From the NCBI RefSeq assembly GCF_009914755.1, contig NC_060925.1: a DNA stretch of 64,000 nt. The stretch is one strand, 5' to 3'. Below, piece after piece: positions 57,501 through 64,000 of the stretch. The translations under genes were made by a program, and so were the position numbers. Source of the DNA: the human T2T-CHM13v2.0 reference genome, Homo sapiens. Position 1 is the stretch's first letter; the number at the start of each line of letters is the position of its first letter. The notes beneath the pieces were generated by a model. The model made no database searches and was not told the origin of the DNA. It worked only from the letters and a program-made list of their open reading frames with translations.

Positions 57501-60500
57501 ATCGAATGGAATCATCGAATGGACTCGAATGGAATAATCATTGAACGGAATCGAATGGAATCATCATCGGATGGAAATGAATGGAATCATCATCGAATGG
57601 AATCGAATAGAATTATGGAATGAAATCCAGTGTGATCATCATCGAATGCACCCGAATGGAATCATCATCCAACGGAATCTAATGGAAACAACATCGAATG
57701 AATCGAATGGAAACACCATCGAATTGAAACGAGTGGAATTATCATGAAATTGAAATGGATGGACTCATCATCGAATGGATTCGAATGGAATCATCGAATA
57801 AAATTGATTGAAATCATCATCAAATGGAATCGAATGGTATCATTGAATGGAATCGAATGGAATCATCATCAGATGGAAATGAATGGAATCGTCATAGAAT
57901 GGAATCGAATGGATTCATTGAATGGAATCAGATGGAATCATCGAATGGACTGGAATGGAATCATTGAATGGACTCGAGAGAGATCATTATTGAATGGAAT
58001 TGAATGGAATCATGGAATGGTCTCGATTGGAATCATTATCAAATGGAATCGAATGGAATCACCGAATAGAATCGAATGGAACAATCATCGAATGGACTCC
58101 AATGGAATTATCCTCAAATGGAATCGCATGGAATTATCGAATGCAATCGAATGGAATTATCGAATGCAATCGAATAGAATCATCGAATGGACTCGAATGG
58201 AATCATCGAATGGAATGGAATGGAACAGTCAATGAACTCGAATGGAATCATCATTGAATGGAATCGAATGGAATCATCGAGTGGAATCGAATGGAATTAT
58301 GATCAAATGGAATCGAATGTAATCATCATCAAATGGAATCAAAGATAACCATCATCAATTGGTATTGAATGGAATTGTCATCAAATGGAATTCAAAGGAA
58401 TCAACACCAAATGGAACCGAAAGGAATCCTCATTGAATGGAAATGAAAGGGGTCATCATCTAATGGAATCGCATGGAATCATCATCAAATGGAATCGAAT
58501 GGAATCCTCATCAGATGGAATCTAATGGAATCATTGAACAGAATTGAATGGAATCGTCATCGAATGAATTGAATGCAATCATCGAATGGTCTCGAATGCA
58601 ATCATCTTCTAATGGAAAGGAATGGAATCATCGCATAGAATCGAATGGAATTAACATTGAATGGACTCGAATGGAATCAACATCAAACGGAATCAAGCGG
58701 AATTATCGAATGCAATCGAAGAGAATCATCGAATGGACTCGAATGGAATCATCTAATGGAATGGAATGGAATAATCCACGGACTCGAATGCAACCACCAT
58801 CGTATAGAATCGAATGGAAACATCGAATGGAATCATCGAATGGACTCGAATGGAATAATCATTGAACGGAATCGAATGGAATCATCATCGGATGGAAACG
58901 AAAGGAATCATCATCGAATGGAAATGAAAGGAGTCATCTAATGGAATTGCATGGAATCATCATCAAATGGAATCGAATGGAATCAACATCAAATGGAATC
59001 AAATGGAATCATTGAACGGAATTGAATGGAATCGTCATCGAATGAATTGAATGCAATCATCGAATGGTCTCGAATGGAATCATCTTCAAATGGAATGGAA
59101 TGGAATCATCGCATAGAATCGAATGGAATTATCATCGAATGGAATCGAATGGAATCAACATCAAACGGAAAAAAACGGAATTATCGAATGGAATCGAAGA
59201 GAATCATCGAATGGACCCGAATGGAATCATCTAATGGAATGGAATGGAATAATCCATGGACTCGAATGCAATCATCATCGAATGGAATCGAATGGAATCA
59301 TCGAATGGACTCGAATGGAATAATCATTGAACGGAATCGAATGGAATCATCATCGGATGGAAATGAATGGAATCATCATCGAATGGAATCGAATAGAATT
59401 ATGGAATGAAATCCAGTGTGATCATCATCGAATGGACCCGAATGGAATCATCATCCAACGGAAGCTAATGGAATCAACATCGAATTAATCGAATGGAAAC
59501 ACCATCGAATTGAAACGAATGGAATTATCATGAAATTGAAATGGATGGACTCATCATCGAATGGATTCGAATGGAATCATCGAATAAAATTGATTGAAAT
59601 CATCATCAAATTGAATCGAATGGTATCATTGAATGGAATCGAATGGAATCATCATCAGATGGAAAAGAATGGAATCGTCATAGAATGGAATCGAATGGAT
59701 TCATTGAATGGAATCAGATGGAATCATCGAATGGACTGGAATGGAATCATTGAATGGACTCGAAAGGGATCATGATTGAATGGAATTGAATGGAATCATC
59801 GAATGGTCTCGATTGGAATCATTATCAAATGGAATCGAATGGAATCACCGAATAGAATCGAATGGAACAATCATCGAATGGACTCAAATGGAATTATCCT
59901 CAAATGGAATCGAATGGAATTATCGAATGCAATCGAATAGAATCATCGAATGGACTCGAATGGAATCATCGAATGGAATGGAATGGAACAGTCAATGAAC
60001 TCGAATGGAATCATCATTGAATGGAATCGAATGGAATCATCGAGTGGAATCGAATGGAATTATGATCAAATGGAATCGAATGTAATCATCATCAAATGGA
60101 ATCAAAAATAACCATCATCAATTGGTATTGAATGGAATTGTCATCAAATGGAATTCAAAGGAATCATCATCAAATGGAACGGAATGGAATCCTCATTGAA
60201 TGGAAATGAAATGGGTCATCATCTAATGGAATCACATGGAATCATCATCAAATGGAATCGAATGGAATCATCATCAAATGGAATCTAATGGAATCATTGA
60301 ACAGAATTGAATGGAATCGTCATCGAATGAATTGAATACAATCATCGAATGGTCTCGAATGCAATCATCTTCTAATGGAAAGGAATGGAATCATCGCATA
60401 GAATCGAATGGAATTAACATTGAATGGACTCGAATGGAATCAACATCAAACGGAATCAAGCGGAATTATCGAATGTAATCGAAGAGAACCATCGAATGGA

Positions 60501-63500
60501 CTCGAATGGAATCATCTAATGGAATGGAATGGAATAATCCACGGACTCGAATGCAATCATCATCGTATAGAATCGAATGGAATCATTGAATGGACTCGAA
60601 TGGAATCATCATTGAACAGAATCGAATGGAATCATCATCGGATGGAAACGAATGGAATTATCATCGAATGGAAATGAAAGGAGTCATCATCTAATGGAAT
60701 CGCATGGAATCATCATCAAATGGAATCGAATGGAATCAACATCAAATGGAATCAAATGGAGTCATTGAACGGAATTGAATGGAATCGTCATCGAATGAAT
60801 TGAATGCAATCATCGAATGGTCTCGAATGGAATCATCTTCAAATGGAATGGAATGGAATCATCGCATAGAATCGAATGGAATTATCATCGAATGGAATCG
60901 AAAGGTATCAACATCAAACGGAAAAAAACGGAATTATCGAATGGAATCGAAGAGAATCATCGAACGGACTCGAATGGAATCATCTAATGGAAAGGAATGG
61001 AATAATCCATGGACTCGAATCCAATCATCATCGAATGGAATCGAATGGAATCATTGAAAGGACTCTAATGGAATAATCATTGAAGGGAATCGAATGGAAT
61101 CATCATCGAATGGAAACTAATGGAATCATAATCGAATGGAAATGAAAGGAGTCATCATCTAATGGAATTGCATGGAATCATCATAAAATGGAATCGAATG
61201 GAATCAACATCAAATGGAATGAAATGGAATCATTGAACGGAATTGAATGGAATCTTCATCGAATGAAGTGAATGCAATCATCGAATGGTCTCGAATGGAA
61301 TCATCTTCAAATGGAATGGAATGGAATCATCGCATAGAATCGAATGGAATTATCATCAAATGGTATCAACATCAAACGGAAAAAAACGGAATTATCGAAT
61401 GGAATCGAAGAGAATCATCGAACGGACCCGAATGGAATCATCTAATGGAATGGAATGGAATAATCCATGGACTCGAATGCAATCATCATCGAATGGAATC
61501 GAGTGGAATCACCGAATGGACTCGAATGGAATAATCATTGAACGGAATCGAATGGAATCATCATCGGATGGAAATGAATGGAATCATCATCGAATGGAAT
61601 CGAATAGAATTATGGAATGAAATCCAGTGTGATCATCATCGAATGGACCCGAATGGAATCATCATCCAACGGAAGCTAATGGAATCAACATCGAATGAAT
61701 CGAATGGAAACACCATCGAATTGAAATGAATGGAATTATCATGAAATTGAAATGGATGGACTCATCATCGAATGCATTCGAATTGAATCATCGAATAAAA
61801 TTGATTGAAATCATCATCAAATGGAATCGAATGGTATCATTGAATGGAATCGAATGGAATCATCATCAGATGGAAATGAATGGAATCGTCATAGAATGGA
61901 ATCGAATGGATTCATTGAATGGAATCAGATGGAATCATCGAATGGACTGGAATGGAATCATTGAATGGACTCGAAAGGGATCATTATTGAATGGAATTCA
62001 ATGGAATCATCGAATGGTCTCGATTGGAATCATTACCAAATGGAATCGAATGGAATCACCGAAAAGAATCGAATGGAACAATCATCGAATGGAGTCAAAT
62101 GGAATTAACCTAAAATGGAATCGAATGGAATTATCGAATGCACTCGAATGGAATTATCAAATGCATTCGAATAGAATCATCGAATGGACTCGAATGGAAT
62201 CATCGAATGGAATGGAATGGAACAGTCAGTGAACTCGAATGGTATCATCATTGAATGGAATCGAATGGAATTATGATCAAATGGAATCGAATGTAATCAT
62301 CAACAAATGGAATCAAAAATAACCATCATCAATTGGTATTGAATGGAATTGTCATCAAATGGAATTCAAAGGAATCATCATCAAATGGAACCGAATGCAA
62401 TCCTCATTGAATGGAAATGAAAGGGGTCATCATCTAATGGAATCGCATGGAATCATCATCCAATGGAATCGAATGGAATCATCATCAAATGGAATCTAAT
62501 GGAATCATTGAACAGAATTGAATGGAATCGTCATCGAATGAATTGAATGCAATCATCGTATGGTCTCGAATGGAATCATCTTCTAATGGAAAGGAATGGA
62601 ATCATCGCATAGAATCGAATGGAATTAACATTGAATGGACTCGAATGGAATCAACATCAAACGGAATCAAGCGGAATTATCGAATGGAATCGAAGAGAAT
62701 CATCGAATGTACTCGAATGGAATCTTCTAATGGAATGGATTGGAATAATCCACGGACTCGAATGCAATCATCAACGTATAGAATTGAATGGAATCATTGA
62801 ATGGACTCGAATGGAATAATCATTGAACTGAATCGAATGGAATCATCCTCGAATGGAGACGAATGGAAACAACATCAAACGGAAAAAAACGGATTATCGA
62901 ATGGAATCGAAGAGAATCATCGAATGGACCCGAATGGAATCATCTAATGGAATGGAATGTAATAATCCATGGACTCTAATGCAATCATCATCAAATGGAA
63001 TCGAATGGAATCATCGAATGGACTCGAATGGAATAATCATTGAACGGAATCAAAAGGAATCATCATCGGATGGAAATGAATGGAATCATCATCGAATGGA
63101 ATCGAATAGAATTATGGAATGAAATCCAGTGTGATCATCATCGAATGGACCCGAATGGAATCATCATCCAACGGAAGCTAATGGAATCAACATCGAATGA
63201 ATCGAATGGAAACACCATCGAATTGAAACGAATGGAATTATCATGAAATTGAAATGGATGGACTCATCATCGAATGGATTCGAATGGAATCATCGAATAA
63301 AATTGATTGAAATCATCATCCAATGGAATCGAATTGTATCATTGAATGGAATCGAATGGAATCATCATCAGATGGAAATGAATGGAATCGTCATAGAATG
63401 GAATCGAATGGATTCATTGAATGGAATCAGATGGAATCATCGAATGGACTGGAATGGAATCATTGAATGGACTCGAAAGGGATCATGATTGAATGGAATT

Positions 63501-64000
63501 GAATGGAATCATCGAATGGTCTCGATTGGAATCATTATCAAATGGAATCGAATGGAATCACCGAATAGAATCGAATGGAACAATCATCGAATGGACTCAA
63601 ATGGAATTATCCTCAAAGGAATCGAATGGAATTATGGAATGCAATCGAATGGAATTATCGAATGCAATCGAATAGAATCATCGAATGGACTCGAATGGAA
63701 TCATCGAATGGAGTGGAATGGAACAGTCAGTGAACTCGAATGGAATCATCATTGAATGGACACGAATGGAATCATCGAGTGGAATCGAATGAAATTATGA
63801 TCAAATGGAATCGAATGTAATCATCATCAAATGGAATCAAAAGTAACCATCATCAATTGCTATTGAATGGAATTGTCATCAAATGGAATTCAAAGGAATC
63901 ATCATCAAATGGAACCGAATGGAATCCTCATTGAATGGAAATGAAAGGGGTCATCATCTAATGGAATCGCATGGAATCATCATCAAATGGAATCGAATGG
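39539..64000 (+). repeat. Diverged right domain: units of 2242, 1773, 2241, 1532, 1786, 2711, 2241, 2243, 2240, 1763, 2211 and ~1524 bp (last is truncated by the window)
   Basis: A starts at 39539, 41781, 43554, 45795, 47327, 49113, 51824, 54065, 56308, 58548, 60311 and 62522. Many more substitutions per unit, frequent extra 468-bp subunits, and an alternative A haplotype (AACGGAATCAAGCGG). Confidence 0.85.

Larger units (their letters stand above)
1..64000 (+). repeat. Human Satellite II (HSat2) pericentromeric tandem array, probably the 1.77 kb chr1q12 (HSat2A/D1Z1-type) family; extends beyond both window ends
   Basis: Continuous GAATG/GAATC pentamers interleaved with ATC triplets (ATCATCGAATGGAATCGAATGGA; reverse complement contains CATTCGATTC, the HSat2 hallmark). 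Dominant period is 1,776 bp with one GAATTC per unit (546, 2322). No unique sequence or strand switch seen. Confidence 0.97.

Noticed and set aside
19015-62232. Longer 163-168 aa ORFs in segment C
   Set aside because: They arise when a single TGA in ATCATGATTG is replaced (TTA/TCA/TTG). This is a lineage marker, not evidence of a gene.
111-63755. Over 200 short + strand ORFs (60-168 aa, rich in M/E/W/N/S/I)
   Set aside because: They are direct translations of GAATG/ATC repeats, overlap in several frames, recur with the unit and are freely broken by stops and frameshifts. There is no sign of coding constraint or a recognisable domain.
1-64000. CRISPR-like or antigenic-variation cassette array
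   Set aside because: There are no unique spacers, no constant repeat with variable inserts, and no cas, recombinase or other genes.
1-64000. HSat3, alpha satellite or telomeric repeat
   Set aside because: Pure (GGAAT)n runs are only about three copies long and CATTCGATTC/ATC-triplet motifs dominate. There is no 171-bp monomer or TTAGGG.
1-64000. Inversions or transposon insertions (Alu/L1)
   Set aside because: No CATTC-oriented block, poly(A) tail, target-site duplication or foreign sequence was seen, and all unit lengths are explained by internal indels.

Overview
The whole 64 kb window is one uninterrupted tandem satellite array in a single orientation (GGAAT/GAATG on the + strand). It is built from degenerate CATTC pentamers and (ATC)n triplets, with dense TCGA sites. 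This is the signature of human Satellite II (HSat2). The dominant higher-order unit is 1,776 bp with one EcoRI site per unit, matching the classical 1.77 kb chromosome 1q12 satellite (pUC1.77/D1Z1, HSat2A-type); the chromosome assignment is inference. I find no credible genes, RNA genes, transposons or CRISPR arrays. The ORF track is a translation artefact of the repeat. The interest is in the array architecture. There are 36 unit starts plus a partial first unit. Each canonical unit is subunit A (468 bp) + its paralog B (504 bp to the next landmark) + a C/D segment (804 bp). Length variants include ~1.06 kb deletion units with one shared breakpoint, 1.39-1.53 kb units, and 2.24 and 2.71 kb units with extra 468-bp subunits. 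Multi-unit duplications occur at offsets of 3,894, 8,168, 4,484 and 11,221 bp. A switch near 40-42 kb separates a homogeneous left domain from a more diverged right domain carrying a different A haplotype. Variant patterns suggest the 1.77 kb unit may be a chimeric contraction of a ~2.24 kb unit. I see no evidence of a new gene-based system. Coordinates were read by eye and anchored on the ORF track.
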